Part shown: in pieces, positions 1 through 13,752 of the stretch
How the letters are laid out: every line of letters begins with the position of its first letter
Numbering within the stretch: position 1 is the first letter of the stretch
Assembly (NCBI GenBank): GCA_002269645.1
Contig: NIVC01000594.1
Coordinates: forward strand, 1-64,000
Direction of reading: 5' to 3'
Length of the DNA stretch: 64,000 nucleotides
Source: Macrostomum lignano
Lineage: Eukaryota
The notes under the pieces: generated by a model
Databases searched by the model: none
Seen by the model: the letters and a program-made list of their open reading frames with translations, nothing else
What the model was told of the DNA's origin: nothing
Position numbers and translations under genes: made by a program

Positions 1-294
1 GATGCTAGCGCTGGATTTTTGACCTTCAAGCATTCTGCCGGGTCGTTTTTGACATTATGCATCAAAGCAAATTTAATTAAACGATTAAATTACGTTCTTC
101 TACCTGCACATTCAATTTAAAAAATTACGGTCTTAGTTGTATTCAGTCACTGTCACGCAGTTGCTATAACTGTCTGAAGACAATTCATTGTAGTTTTTTG
201 AATGACTATTCTCACCTAAAATGTCTTAGAACCGAAAAACATGGCATAAAAAGCAGCCATATATTTTCAACATGCTAATCCAACATTACTACAG

Positions 295-2854
295 GTGAAA
301 CTTATCTGCGTGTGCTGCAGAGCGCTGTGACCGCACTGTATGCCTCTGACAAGCTGAAGCGGCACAGAATTGAGCACGAGCGCAAGTGGAACGCCGCCCG
401 TGAGAAGCACGCAACTGCCGCTGTTCCAACGGTAAAACATTGAGTGTTCATTTAGCTCTAAGTAACTGAAAGTTGGCTTTTTACTAAAGTTGCATATTTG
501 CCAGTTAACTGTTTATTAATTTTTAAAAAGAATCGGTTGCATGCTGACAACTATATGTACTTTAAATGATACGTATAATTTGAATGAATAATAGTGGATA
601 AAATACTCGTACTCATGTATCTAGCTCAGGTTGATTTTAATGTCGAAGAAAAGCTAAAACTATGAAAGGTAAAAAATTCAGACTGGATCCGCTTTTAACT
701 GCGATGTCGTTCGCAGCCACAGTCCGCCGACTAGCGTTGACAAACTGCGGCCAGCTGATATCGATGTTGTTGGAGCCATCGGCGACTCTCTCACCGCTGG
801 CATGGGCATTTACTCCAAGAATCTGCTCACCATCTTTACGCAATACCGGGGCCACAGTTTTACCATGGGCGGCAAAGAAGACTTGTCTCAGCACACTACT
901 ATGCCAAGTTAAGTCGGAAAATTAATGTAAAATTATGAAAATGAACGCAAACTCGAAAATTAGAGATAAAAATCGATCCTGATGCTAGTATGAGTACTCA
1001 TAATTTCTAGTGATCCCCTATTAAGAGGACATCAGTCGAAGTAAAGTTTACATGCAATTTCTGGCATCTAACAAGCAAAAAATACACATGTCTATGCTTT
1101 GCTGTTACCAATTAAGAAATCGTTCCGCACCATTTCAGCCGTGCTGAAGAAGTTCAACCCAAAACTCACCGGTTTCTCGACTGGAATTAGTGGCCCGGAC
1201 GGCATCTTCGCCGGCTTCAACGAGGCTGTGGTGGGCAACAGAGCTGAGTAAGCCTGTTGCTATCGACTCTGTGTTTAAAATCCCGACTGAGTCGATTTTG
1301 ATGGGCCTTATAGAAATTTTTAGATCGTGTTAGATAAACTGTGAATGTGCATGACTTCATTGGCAAGGATCGGAATCGACTTAATTAAATCGACCTCGTA
1401 TTGTTATTAGGATCAGCAGTCCCAATTGTTTTAACTGTTTCAACTTTGTTTTAATTTCTTTGCTCCAGAGATATGCCTCGCCAAGCCAGACAACTGGTGG
1501 AAAAGATGAAAAAGGACAAAAAGGTGGCGTTCGAAACCGATTGGAAGCTAATTAACCTCTTCATCGGAGGCAACGACGTCTGCGACCACTGCAAGGATCC
1601 CAGCAGATTCTCTGTAGAAAACTATGAGAAGCACATTAGAACTGCTTTGGATTACCTGTACGACAATGTGCCTCGAGCGTTTGTCAATCTCATTGAGATG
1701 ATGGATGTGGCAGCAGTTAATAATCTGAAGGATCAGAGTCTTGTCTGCAAAGCTTTGCTTCAGTGAGTAAATTGCACTGTTTTCAGTTTGTATTGGGCAG
1801 GGCATTGGGAATGGAATTTCCAGTAATGCACAACTCATGCAGTTTTTTTAATATCTGTAGCTTAGCACTAAAGCACTAAGCTTTAATTGATGTATAATGG
1901 CAACTAATCTATGTACATTACACTCGCAAACAAACGCGCAGGACTTTCTGGTGCAAATGCGGTTCCACATTGTCCAAAGAGGAGGTCTATGAGTACTCGA
2001 TGGAGCTTCAGCGGCGTGCCAGGAGGATTGCTGAAGATCCCAAATGGACTCGAAAGTCCGACTTCACTGTTGTTCTGCAGCCCTTCCTTCGCGAAATTAC
2101 CCCACCTACTCTACCGAATGTGCGTCAGGGCATGTTTTTTAGTTTGAATGTGTGGTACAAACAATTGGCTAAGGCAGACATCCTTGGTACAGATTTAAAG
2201 GATTTAACCAAACATAAGTTTGATGTTTTTTAAAGATTTGAGATGATTACTTCGAGTGAAGCAACGATATTTTTCTTAATACATGAAAGGTTTGTTACAG
2301 CAGGAGTACTCGTAAAAGCGTAAAATAATTTCTCAATCAAGCACAAGCAGATGCATCATCGTCAGATACAAAGAATAACAAATCCAATATGAGCGTATTT
2401 GCTCCAATAAGTCCAATAGGTATTGTTGTAAACCATTCGTTCATGAATGAAACTTCTTTCTACCCTAAAAATCCACGGCAGGGAGAGCCGGACATGGCCT
2501 ACTTTGCGCCCGACTGCTTCCACCTGAGCGACAAAGGACATGCGCTTGGCGGACTGGCTCTTTGGAATACCATGGTGAGATTCAAGTTATCTCCATGAGT
2601 CGAGTCGTCGCATCGAGATATTTATATTCATCAATTGTTTGAATTTCATTCATTAATGAGTCTCCAAAATCAACTATTAGCTTCCTACTAAGTATGTCAG
2701 TCGAAGCATCAAGCGTCATTCAACTTCATCTACACGCTTTCAGCTGGAACCCGTTGGTAAGAAGCGAACCGACTGGGTCTTGAACGACCGGGTGAACTGT
2801 CCAACGGAACAGAGGCCTTACCTGGCTACTAAGGGAAACTCTGGTTCACAGTAA
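295..2854 (+). CDS. PLB1: Phospholipase B1-like GDSL/SGNH lipase, single catalytic domain; 5' end probably upstream of the first recognised exon
   Basis: Phase-consistent GT-AG exons 295-431, 682-907, 1139-1247, 1469-1762, 1942-2119, 2482-2574, 2744-2854 (TAA). Translation contains [25 protein letters not shown] (GDSL block I), [15 protein letters not shown] (block III), VVLQPF and [10 protein letters not shown] (block V, DxxH), typical of PLB1-family domains. Confidence 0.9.
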
Positions 2855-4412
2855 GATCTGCAAGTACGCTCTGCAATTGACTGAGTGTCGCTTGAAGTCT
2901 GCAATGAAGTTATCGGAAATACACTGAACTTCAAAAAAACATTTGAAAATTTAATCGATTTAATTATCTTTTATTTGTAAAATGAATATTGCGTGTGCCG
3001 TGTGATGCAGTTGCTGGTGCCTGAAATTTAGTTCGCACTGACAGGCGCGCGGCATATGTGAGCTTACTGTTTATGGATCCAGTAAAGAGCTGCGTTGTTG
3101 TTTGAAGTTTAATCAGTAGAGATTCGGGTTCAAAGCCAATTGGTGTATAGCAGGTGCCTCGGAAAAAGTCAAATGAGGGCAATTCGCAGTGACTAAAGTT
3201 GCAAGCGGAGTCTCAGCTGTAGGTACGGCTAAACATATAAGAACGGTTCTGCTAGCTGTAGGACCGGACAAAAAAGAAAATAACTGACGCAGACAAACCG
3301 GTTGGCATTGGAGATTGTCAACATTTCGACAAAAGCTCGCATTTGAGCTGCATCCTGCATGTAAGTCAATTGTATAAGCTTGTTTCCGAAGCGACAGGAT
3401 CTATTCGTGAGAGTACAGTTACAATTAAAGTTAGCTAAAACTACGATAACCCAATAAGCTTTATAGCAGCTTGTGTATTGAGTCAATAGCTAGCTTAGAG
3501 CGAGACAACCAGGCCGAAAATTAACTTTATTTGTTATGAGGAAAAAGCAAAAAATGTTTAAATGAGCAATTTTGAAGTTATTTTAAAGTTAAATACACAT
3601 TGACTCACCTCCTGGCAAAGATTTCTCTATAACTAGCCAAGGACCTACAGTGGTCCTTGTAACTAGCTCGTAGAGCCTGGATGAGAAACCTCTGTGGGGC
3701 GTACCTACATATGTGAGCTTCACATAGGGGCCTAGCCTACCTACACGTACGAGCGTAATGGCCCTGTAATCTTTCCCGTGGAACAATTCCAGTTTTCCTG
3801 TCTAATTCTGACTAAATATTCAATTTTATAGTCTCATTGTACTCGTATATTATTTATAGAATCTTGGATAATAAGTTGAATCTTGGACCTTCTGCAATAG
3901 TAATAAGTCGATGATCACCAGAGGTTGCTTTCTTCAAGGCATTCAGCTTCGATATACGGAGACTCAGAAAGGCGGTGTTGTCAAGCCCAGTTTCTCACTG
4001 AACCCGCCGTGTAACGTTTTGCAGGGTTTTAACCGACGGAAAACAGAGAATATTCTCTTTCAACGACACTCTGTGGGTCGCCAGAGCTGAAGTAAAACGA
4101 GAAAACAGTCGCTTCTGATGAATAAATTCGACTAATATGCTTCTCCTTCACTGCGAGACTGATCTGTTCAAGCAGGAAGTTAAACCTTCTGCATTTTTGC
4201 TAGCATCAGAAAGCGTGCTGATGTAGTCCTTCTGATGTTCTTGAGCAACATCTTGAGCAACAGACTGCTGGTTGAGTTCAGGGGCTGATTATGATCCAGT
4301 CGCGCCAAGATTTCAAGCTCCCTGAGGGTACAATATCTGCGATTTTTTGCGGTTTGTAGCTATAGAGAAATCCTTCCGCTGTTAAGACACCCATTTGCCG
4401 AAACTGATTGAA

Positions 4413-7400
4413 CTATGGGTAATTGTTCCTCGTACATTGCATGATCGCGCAGCTCTTGTCACAATTTCTCAAGTCAGACATGAATACCACAGCAGTCATT
4501 TCGTCGAACTCAATGAACGCAACCGCCGTGGACTGCCCATTCTCCTTGACCTCGTGTAGCAGCTGAGTCTGTTGTAGCATCCGTTTAGTTCGCATTCCCT
4601 TGGACCGCACCTGCATTTTCACTCGCTCCTGAAAATATACGAGGTTAGCTATTGCGAGTCTACATTACTTTTTGATAGCGCTGAAAACTCTTCACCCGGT
4701 GCTATAAAAAGGATAAAAGCGATATAAAAAGGGAGAATATCTTCTCTGCATTATAACCAGCAAGCTACGAGCTAGCAAGCTGGGGACCGTTTAATCGGAA
4801 CTTCTGCATTGGAGCCTCTTGCGATCAAACCGGATATGAGGAAGTAGACATTAATTACGAGTACAAAGTTAAATCATTAAACATTTTTATGCAAAACTAT
4901 TGTATTGTTGGGCAAATTTAGATTGTAAAAGAGGACGACTGTAAAATTGTAAAATTGACAGAGTTTGTCTTTTAAAAAGTTACGCTCGTAAAAGCTGCCC
5001 AACTTAGCACTTTAGGCGCTGGTAGGTGCAATATCGTATTGAGGCTTGCTCACCGTGTATTCCTTGTCCTTCTGCTTCATTATTCGTCGCCTCTTGCAGG
5101 CCTGTAAAGTGTTATATTGTTTTTCATCGAATTTAAACGAACGACTTTATTTAGGTAGTATTTTTAGGCTTCCAGCTTTGAGCACATTATTCTATTTTAC
5201 TTAGTACATTCCAGTGACAAGACCGCTCCACCGTGCGAGCTTACCACGCAAAAAATCATGATGACAAAGCCAACGTTATAGGCAACATAGCTGAATGCCA
5301 TGCCAATGATTACGTAAGTTTCCAGACTGTCCCACACCATGCCAAACTGTTCGAGGATGATCTTGTCAATGACCACAATTAGACCGTGCCACAGACAGAT
5401 TAGCGTCAGAATGAACAGGCTGCTGATCACGTACTTGTCCTGCAGTTTTAAATTGCTTTCTGTTGCTATTGACATTTCCTATAAGGCTTGTACTTGCAAT
5501 AATCGTAGCACAACATTCCAATTTCATGCAACAATGCAAAATGAGTGGTTTGCCTAGTGGTTAGAGCATCAGGCTCATGACTAAACTGTCGGGGGTTTGA
5601 TTCTCGATCCACTCGAAACAATTTGTGCCCTCGAGCAAGACACTTACCTGTAACTTTGCATGCATTGCTTCAGCTCACCCAGCTGTAAAATGGGTGCCAG
5701 CATTAGCTGATGTAATTAAGGGTGTGTGGCGACCCCCCAGTACTTGCACTGAACAGCCGTATGTAGCCTTAGATGCGCCGCGCAATAGCTGCGGCTGTTG
5801 TAGGTTGCACATGTGCCCATTAGGGCAGGTATAAACAATTATTATTATATTATACAACAATACAATTGCACCAAGCTTAACACAATGATGTAACACGTAT
5901 CTTAAAGCTTGTTAGATGCTATGAGCTATCTGTGCACGAAAAAACTTACCAGATACGTGAGATAAGAAATCTTTGGCAAGCATTGGTTCACCACAAATTT
6001 GAATGCTACCAGCGTGAGCACCAATGTGAACGTCAGCTGCAATCGGTTCTGCGGCAGGTCCCTCTTCACTGCGAAGGTTACCAACGACAAGGAGCAGATG
6101 AGGAACTGTTGGCGTTGATAGAAAGCATTGGTAAGGTGAGTTTGGCAACAATTGTGGTACTGTTGTATTATGGTATACGAGCTTGCCAATTAACATGTGA
6201 GTCCTACTGCGAATCAAGCAAACTTTAACGATGACAGGTGCGTTTCAGTTGCAAAATGCATAAGCGACACGAAACTTTTCATTTTCATCACTGAATTTTA
6301 ACGAAGTTAATGGATTGAAAAGTATCAAGCAATATAATTAAATAAAAACATATCGAACAGTTGTTGGCTTACGCTTTTTGCGCAACAAAATGGACCTGTA
6401 AATAACTCAAACTTTTCTTCAGTCTGAACTCAATAGTGGTTGAACTTCATACAAATATGGAATTTGTATGTAGTGTCAGAGGGTAAGCACTTGAAGCAAA
6501 AGTAGAAGGAGCACTTCTACTCACCGTGACGAGGAAAATATTCCAGATAAAATAAGCTGGTCTTCGAGCGGCGCGACACTTCACGGACAGCGCAGGCCGG
6601 GTGGAGCTCTGGTCCGCGTACTCGCAGGCCAGCTCTCGCTGCTCCGTGTCGATGTGCTTGTACAGAAACCACTCCTGTTCGTCTAAGGCGTTGATTGGAG
6701 AAGTTCAGTGTTTTTTATCTTTGTTAGACCTTAGTGGAATTTTTAAAAGACTGATGAATATTCCGTTCGTAGTCAAAAAACTTCCGGGTTTATCTGGTTT
6801 ATATCCTTAGTTGTAGATTTCAAACAAAAATTGTAATGCTAACTATTCAATTTCAGCGGCTTTTTATAGCGGAAGTCAACGAAGAATTAATTCACTGAGT
6901 TTTAATTCCTCACCAACAAACGACTGTTTGTTAATCCGGTGGGGCTCGTCGGGATCGTTGACCAGGCGAATCTCGGCTGAGGACAGATTTGATGCCACCG
7001 TTATTGTCAGGTCCTTGAAGATATAAAAAACTACTGATTACTTTAAGTAGGTCAGCATGATTTTTGTCTATAAATGTAGTGAAAGCTCATTTTCTATTCT
7101 ATTTGCGCAAATTTTGTGTCACATTTAATTTTAATGCATACAATGAACCTAAAAAATGCGCATTTCCACTGTCCACTATCCATCTCTAGTTGTTCTCGCC
7201 AGAAATACATGTAAGGTTGCTAATGCCACTTCTCATCTGCTCTTTTACTTGAGGGTTGGAGTACTCTGCTGCTCACTCAGCTAGCATTCCATCTAGGCAG
7301 CATCCAGCCCGGATATCATGCCAATGGGAGGGTAATGGGTACACGGATTCATCGCATCTTTTATATCCACCTTCACAGAAACAGGGCACAGAACGTCTTA

Positions 7401-8624
7401 AGAACACACGGACTCGTGCGTTTGCCACGCAAATATTAGGATACTCCCCGAGTAGGCGTGTGAGCAGATTTAAAAAGGCGCACAGCCTCTCAGAGAGATC
7501 CCGTCGATTTCATGCAAAAGCTCTTATTCGGCCAACAAGCCATCGTGCTGGCTTCATGCATTTACCTGAACATCAAACGGGAAGTGGTTGAGCTCCAGAT
7601 TTTCCAGGAAAACGCCCGAGACGCGCCGCTTTTCAAATAGGAAGGCGTGACCAACTTCATTGAATGAAATCATCTGGTAGACCTGCTCCTTGCCTTCTCC
7701 GATAGTGTTCTCAATGTACAGCTTCGGGGTCCAACTTTTTGACCAGTCGTAGTCCTAGAATGTTGAGAACAGTATATGATGTTGAAATTCAAAGTAAAAA
7801 ATTGTTTACCACTGTCTGATTGAATAAATTCATTTAAAGCTTATAAGCTATGCAACCAGCGAGAGTTTATCGATTAGAAACGTTTACGCGACTTTTTTGT
7901 TATTATTTCGCCTCACCCACGGCAGCTCTGAAAATTAGCTTTGCCGCATGCAAAGCCAAATTAGATTGCGTGATTTGCGATTTTAGGCGATCCCAGCGAC
8001 TTGTGTGTCAGAAATGGAAATCTGATCGATTTATGCCATTTAATAGCATATTCCACCCTGACTAATCATGGCCTAATTTGATGTGTAGCTCTGTAGATTT
8101 TTCGGATTTCGAGATTAGGATTGGGATTGGGAAAAATAGAGCGTCTAGCTAGGCTAGAAGGCATCCGCAGGTTGAACTGAGTAAAAATAGTTTTGACTCA
8201 AATAAAATATTGTATCGCATTTCGTAGATACACTTGTATTGTTATTACAATCTGTCACTACTTGCAGAGCAGAGACTATAGATAGAGACTTAAGAATTGG
8301 CAAGACTGAAAAAATGCTATGTATTTTTGTCGCTAGCGCTTATGACATGCCATTCCTTATATATGTTTAGCGCTGCAAGAGGGAAATCAATAGTATTTCT
8401 AGGAAAGTTCAACTGTTCACCTCTTGCGCTTCAACTTTACTGTGTTCTGTACTAAGATTTTCGAAGAAAGGCTCGCTTCTCACCAGCCTGCCCTGTTGGA
8501 TGTTTTTGTGGTCCAGGTCGGGCTCCCGCCACTTGGCCTTGATTAGAACATCCGCTGCGAACTGCTCCTTGATGGTGTCTATCTCGCCGATCTTCATGAA
8601 AACTACGCAGATGTACACCTGGCG
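4413..8624 (-). CDS. Pentameric ligand-gated ion channel subunit, Cys-less (Pro-loop) type
   Basis: Minus-strand GT-AG exons 8624-8484, 7754-7566, 7013-6914, 6682-6525, 6105-5950, 5439-5245, 5101-5054, 4628-4413 join in frame. Motifs: VYICVVFMKIGEIDTIKEQFAADVLIKAKWREP, WTPKLYIEN, GVFLENLELNHFPFDVQDL, EQEW, RRPAYFIWN. Four hydrophobic helices follow (M1 YFIWNIFLVTFLICSLSLVTF, M2 RLQLTFTLVLTLVAFKF, M3 YVISSLFILTLICLWHGLI, M4 YVIIGMAFSYVAYNVGFVIMIF). The terminal exon assignment is less certain. Confidence 0.85.
5545..5853 (+). mobile_element. tRNA-derived SINE with CORE/Meta-like central domain (intronic in the ion-channel gene)
   Basis: A-box-like TGCCTAGTGG, B-box-like GGTTTGATTC, central GTGCCCTCGAGCAAGACACTT...CACCCAGCTGTAAAATGGGTGCCAG and (ATT)n tail. 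A second copy lies at about 33010-33225. Confidence 0.75.
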
Positions 8625-9180
8625 CTGAAGAACGTAAGGGCGGATGAAGTAGTGAGCCAGTTGCGAGGAACATGACAAGCTATACTACTGTACCTAGCCG
8701 AAGAAACCTGGTCTTGCGACAACTGACAAAGACCACTGTGGTATAACTCAATAAGTGATTATGTGAAGATAATTTTTTCCTATCTCCACAGTGTATTTTT
8801 CCAAGAAAGTGGCCTTCAAAAAATTACTCGATCATTGAGTTTTACATCCTGTTATGTACTACAGTGCTCCTTGTGTGTGTATTCCAAGACTAATAAAGAA
8901 AACTTCTTTAAAAAGCACATACGTAGCGTATTTTTTGCATCGGAGTGCCGAGTGTGCAACAAATGACGTCAATTTACATAAACTGTTACAATACTCAAGA
9001 ATGTAATGTAAGCTATAGGAAGTATAAACATCTATGTACAGCATAATAATGATATCCCAGGAATTGGTTTGGAAAATCCACACTTACATATGAGCATTTT
9101 GGAATAGTCGTTTAACTCGCATGCACTAAATTGACTCCAAGGAATAGTAAAGCAGTACATGTACAAGCACTTGCCTTCAC

Positions 9181-9454
9181 CAAGCGTTCTTCTTCGTCGC
9201 TGTCATCAAAGCCACCGCCTCCACCACCGGCGCCCCCGAGGCTGCTCTCGTTGGCGGCAAAGAATCCCACCGACTGATCCTTTGGTCGGCCGATCCGCAC
9301 CTCCCAGTCCTCTTCGCCGACTCCACCGCCACCGATTCCGCTGCTTCCGCCGACTGCGGCCGACCACGACCGACCGGGCCGTCCGCCGAGCGCTGCAGAC
9401 CCCGGCGAGGACGCAGATGGCAATCCGGAGACGGAGGAGCCGCGGGTGCGGTCT
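9181..9454 (-). CDS. Probable upstream exon of the ion-channel gene (Gly/Ser-rich, acidic low-complexity N-terminal region)
   Basis: GC-rich open frame bounded by an acceptor (TATTTTCAG) and a weak donor (TTG|GTGAAG); phase 0 end is compatible with exon 8624. No in-frame ATG was found, so the true start is unresolved. Confidence 0.4.
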
Positions 9455-10622
9455 CTGAAAATAGCTGAGCCGGTTTGCAGGCCCGGCGCCTGGGGACCGC
9501 TCTCGTCGTGGCCCCTTAGCAAAGGTACGCTCAGAATGGCTGCGACCTGGCGACTCACTGAGAGCCAGCTGGGAGAAGGGAGGGTCCTGGCGATCTCCGC
9601 TTGTCTACTCTCTGTCTCGCTCTCTCTTACTATGCTTGAGCTTGGTGCACTGGCTAAAGGCCGAGTTCAATAGGGTGAAATGGGCTGGCCAATCAATCCG
9701 TGGGTTAGCGACAATGACTGCAGGGAGCTGAGTACACAAGATTGATTTGTCCAGGAGATGCGCTGGTAATTGCATTTCCGTTTCAAACTTGCAGAAGCGT
9801 AGCTGAACTGAATAGAGGAATTCTTTTTGTGCCTTGAACCTCACGCACTCATAGGAATGTGAAGCCTACAAAAATGTTTGCGCTCAATAGCAGAAAAGCC
9901 TACATGTATAGAGGAATCACAGCAAACAATACCTGTCGCTGAGTCTAACTCAGAGAAGTATAAACGAGTTTAGACATAAATCAGGTTTGGTAATTATTAC
10001 GCAAGTAATACGAGCCAACGAAGAATAGAAAGGAACAAACACAAAGGCCCCTGTTCCCTTTGATGGATCTACAGCTGACTTAAGACTGACATTTCAATGC
10101 TTCAAAGCAGAGCTTGTGCGAGTAGACATTGAGGTGAGGCCGGTATGCGTTTGTTTACTAAGAGATCCCGTTGGGTCTCTTGAATGAGTTTTCAAAATTG
10201 TTCTGAGCCTGTCGGAGAATAGATTGGGATTGTCCCGTGAACAGCGACTCCTAAATATTCCAAGTTTACTCGCCTAATTTCCAGCAAGTGCTTGATCGGG
10301 AATACAATAGCACGTGGCTGGAACAGAACGGAAAGAAAGAGATGGTCTCTGTGAGCTTCTCTTTATCAATGCTGCCGCCAGCAATTCTGGCAGGAATCGC
10401 AGAAGCAGTGTGAACTCATTTCCGCTATTCATCACCCTGATGACCGCCCGGGTGGATTGCAGAGCTGCTAAATTTGGCGCTGAATGGGACACTTTTTCTG
10501 AGGCACAGATCAAAAGCCACCGCTTCGACAGTGAGAAGCGGAGAGAAGAAACTCTACGCTCTCTCACTTTCTGACTGTGGGATTTCGGGGTTAACAGACT
10601 CTAGACTTCCACTTACTACTCG

Positions 10623-11320
<698 letters not shown>

Positions 11321-11399
11321 AATTTAGACGAAAAATTAGCTAAACAAGCCTAACAAAACGTCCTTATCAAACGAAGGAGAAGCAAAGGGAACTAATTTT

Positions 11400-13300
11400 G
11401 ATAATGGCGAGATTATTCAGTCTTTCTAATCATGGCGAAGGCTGTGGCGGAGTCAAAGCGCACGTAAGCTCCCTAACGCTGCAAGGCTTGATTGTGCCAA
11501 ACCGTCTTTTGTCCTCGTCAGAGAAACAGAGAGGCGTAGATGGGATTTCCACTAGAAGAAGCGTCCCTTCTTCTCCCTGTCAGTCTTTAGGGACATTTTC
11601 AGATCGATTGCGACTGGAGCCTATGCTCGGGGAGGGGCAGAGCCTGCCGCTCTCAAAGCCGAGGAAAGGCGGCCTGCGTGCACTCATCGAATTCCCGTGT
11701 GTTTACCGCTAGCCAAGGGGAGAATTTCCCCCGACTCACCTCCAGCTTCTCCAGCATCCTTTGTCCTCTTCTCTGTGCATTCGATGTTGCAGATTGGTGT
11801 GGCTGCAAAGTCTTTCTTATCCCCCTATACATGAAAACACCTGCTTTGACTCACCCCTTTGAGTCAGCCCTTTGTGGCCTTTTATCCCCAGGTGTCAGTC
11901 AGTTCGAGCATTCAAAAACGAGTCAAAAAACGTTTCCAGCCTGTCTGAGCTCAGCGGATCGACTGTTTTCAGAAAGTCAATAAAAGTTTTGTCGCCACAG
12001 GGTATGTATGATGTGCTACCTGTATTGAGCATGCCTCATTATCTGCAATACTTTCTCAGCAGTTGGGACCTTGATACCCATGCCTGATGCACGTAGAAGC
12101 CAGATACTGGAGATGGAAACATAAACAGCATATCAGTTGGCCAAGGAATTGACTGAATTCTGTGCTATTCCTAGCTGAGATGCGCAGTGTCTAATTTCAT
12201 GTTTATTCTTTCCTTTCTGCTCAGCCAAAAAGACTACACGGTATGTTGTAGCTTCTTTGTCAACTCTTGTATCGCTCAAGGTGAAGGGACAGATCAACAC
12301 TGTAAGCATCTGTGTGCCTTGAGAAAATAATACAGCTGCACTGTCGAGATGTGCCCTTGTCGCCTTTGTCTTTCAAAGGAATCTGAAAAACTGCATGTAC
12401 ATGTAATAATAAGTATGGTATAATTTACGAACAAAATCTCAGAGTTTGCTCCAATGAAATCATTACGCTAGGCCCTGGACGACAGGCTCTAGGAGAGCCT
12501 CTAGGAAGGTCTTCTGGTGCTTGTGTCACCAGCAGCTAGCTATGTTGCTCCCTGGAATTGAAGTTCAGCAAGGCGGATTACATGGAACCAGCCACTGTCT
12601 GGTCATCCGATGTATTTGAAAATGCTGAAAATTTCAATCGCAACCCGGTGACTTTGACTCAGTTCTATTGGGGTCTCCCCGTCGCTTGAGTGTCTGGTTG
12701 AGTGTCTGTACGCATGCACTAATTCATGAAGGCTTTTAGACTTCATAGCCATCCTCTGCCTCCCCCAGGAGAGCCGATGGAGATGGGAGCTCCCATAGAC
12801 CTCCCCAGTTTGCTCTAATGCGTGCATTATTTGGCATGAATTATGCATGTCCCACTGCCGCTTAATCATAATGCATCACAACAGCACACCATGCGGGCAG
12901 TTCCTTTCTGCCAAAGAAATTTCAGATAAGCCTGCTCTGAAGATGCAAATAAATGACATTGTTAACCACCGGCAGATGGCAAGGTGAGAGTGAGCATCAG
13001 TTCATGGGCCACCTCATTACATATTGCTTGCCAATTGATATCTCCAATTGATTTTCCTTTTCTTCCGAGATTATAAAAGTGAATTTTTATTGAGCTCGAA
13101 TCCGGCTCGTCAAAAAATACTTCAGAGTAATCCTTTAATCCGATTTTTACCACACCATTTCACTGCATCCCCTCGGCATTAGCTGGATTCTGCTTCCCGT
13201 TAAACGGGAGTTTGTCACTTGCAGCTCAACTGGCTTTGGCGCCAATCCACAGGGATTAGTTAAGCTTCTCTTTAACGAGCTTCAATTTTATCATTCATTC
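11400..13300 (-). mobile_element. Possible highly degenerate non-LTR retrotransposon relic
   Basis: Broken minus-strand frames give RT-like fragments (RKGKSIGDINWQAIC resembling the PKK-x-D-x-NWRPI domain; WL*SLKAF resembling xDLxKAF; SGMGI resembling GGLGI). The (GATA/CATA)n microsatellite sits at the expected 3' end. Many stops and frameshifts. Confidence 0.3.
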
Positions 13301-13344
13301 AAATCTGCTGAGTCTCTTTGAGCTTCTCCTAAGTTTCTCTTGGA

Positions 13345-13752
13345 TTTCGTCTCAGTCTCTCCTGGGTCTCTGCTCAGTCTCTCCTGAGTCTACTCAATCT
13401 CTCCTGAGTATCTGCTCAGTCTCTCCTGAGTCTAATCAATCTCTCCTGAGTCTGCTCAGTGTCTCCTGAGTCTCTGCTCAGTCTCTCCTGAGTCTACTCA
13501 ATCTCTCCTGAGTCTACTCAATCTCTCCTGAGTCTACTCAATCTCTCCTGAGTCTACTCAATCTCTCCTGAGTCTAATCAATCTCTCCTGAGTCTACTCA
13601 ATCTCTCCTGAGTCTACTCAATCTCTCCTGAGTCTCTGCTCAGTCTCTCCTGAGTCTAATCAATCTCTCCTGAGTCTACTCAATCTCTCCTGAGTCTCTA
13701 CTCAGTCTGTCCTGAGTCTCTGCTCAGTCTCTCCCGAGTCCCTACTCAGTCC
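13345..13752 (+). repeat. Minisatellite, about 21-23 bp unit CTCTCCTGAGTCTACTCAAT
   Basis: About 18 tandem units visible. Confidence 0.95.

Noticed and set aside
3610-3790. Cluster of short hairpins (CAAGGACC/GGTCCTTG, TATGTGA/TCACATA) as a ribozyme or H/ACA snoRNA
   Set aside because: No CUGANGA/GAAA hammerhead core and no proper H box; the region is equally explained as a minus-strand exon.
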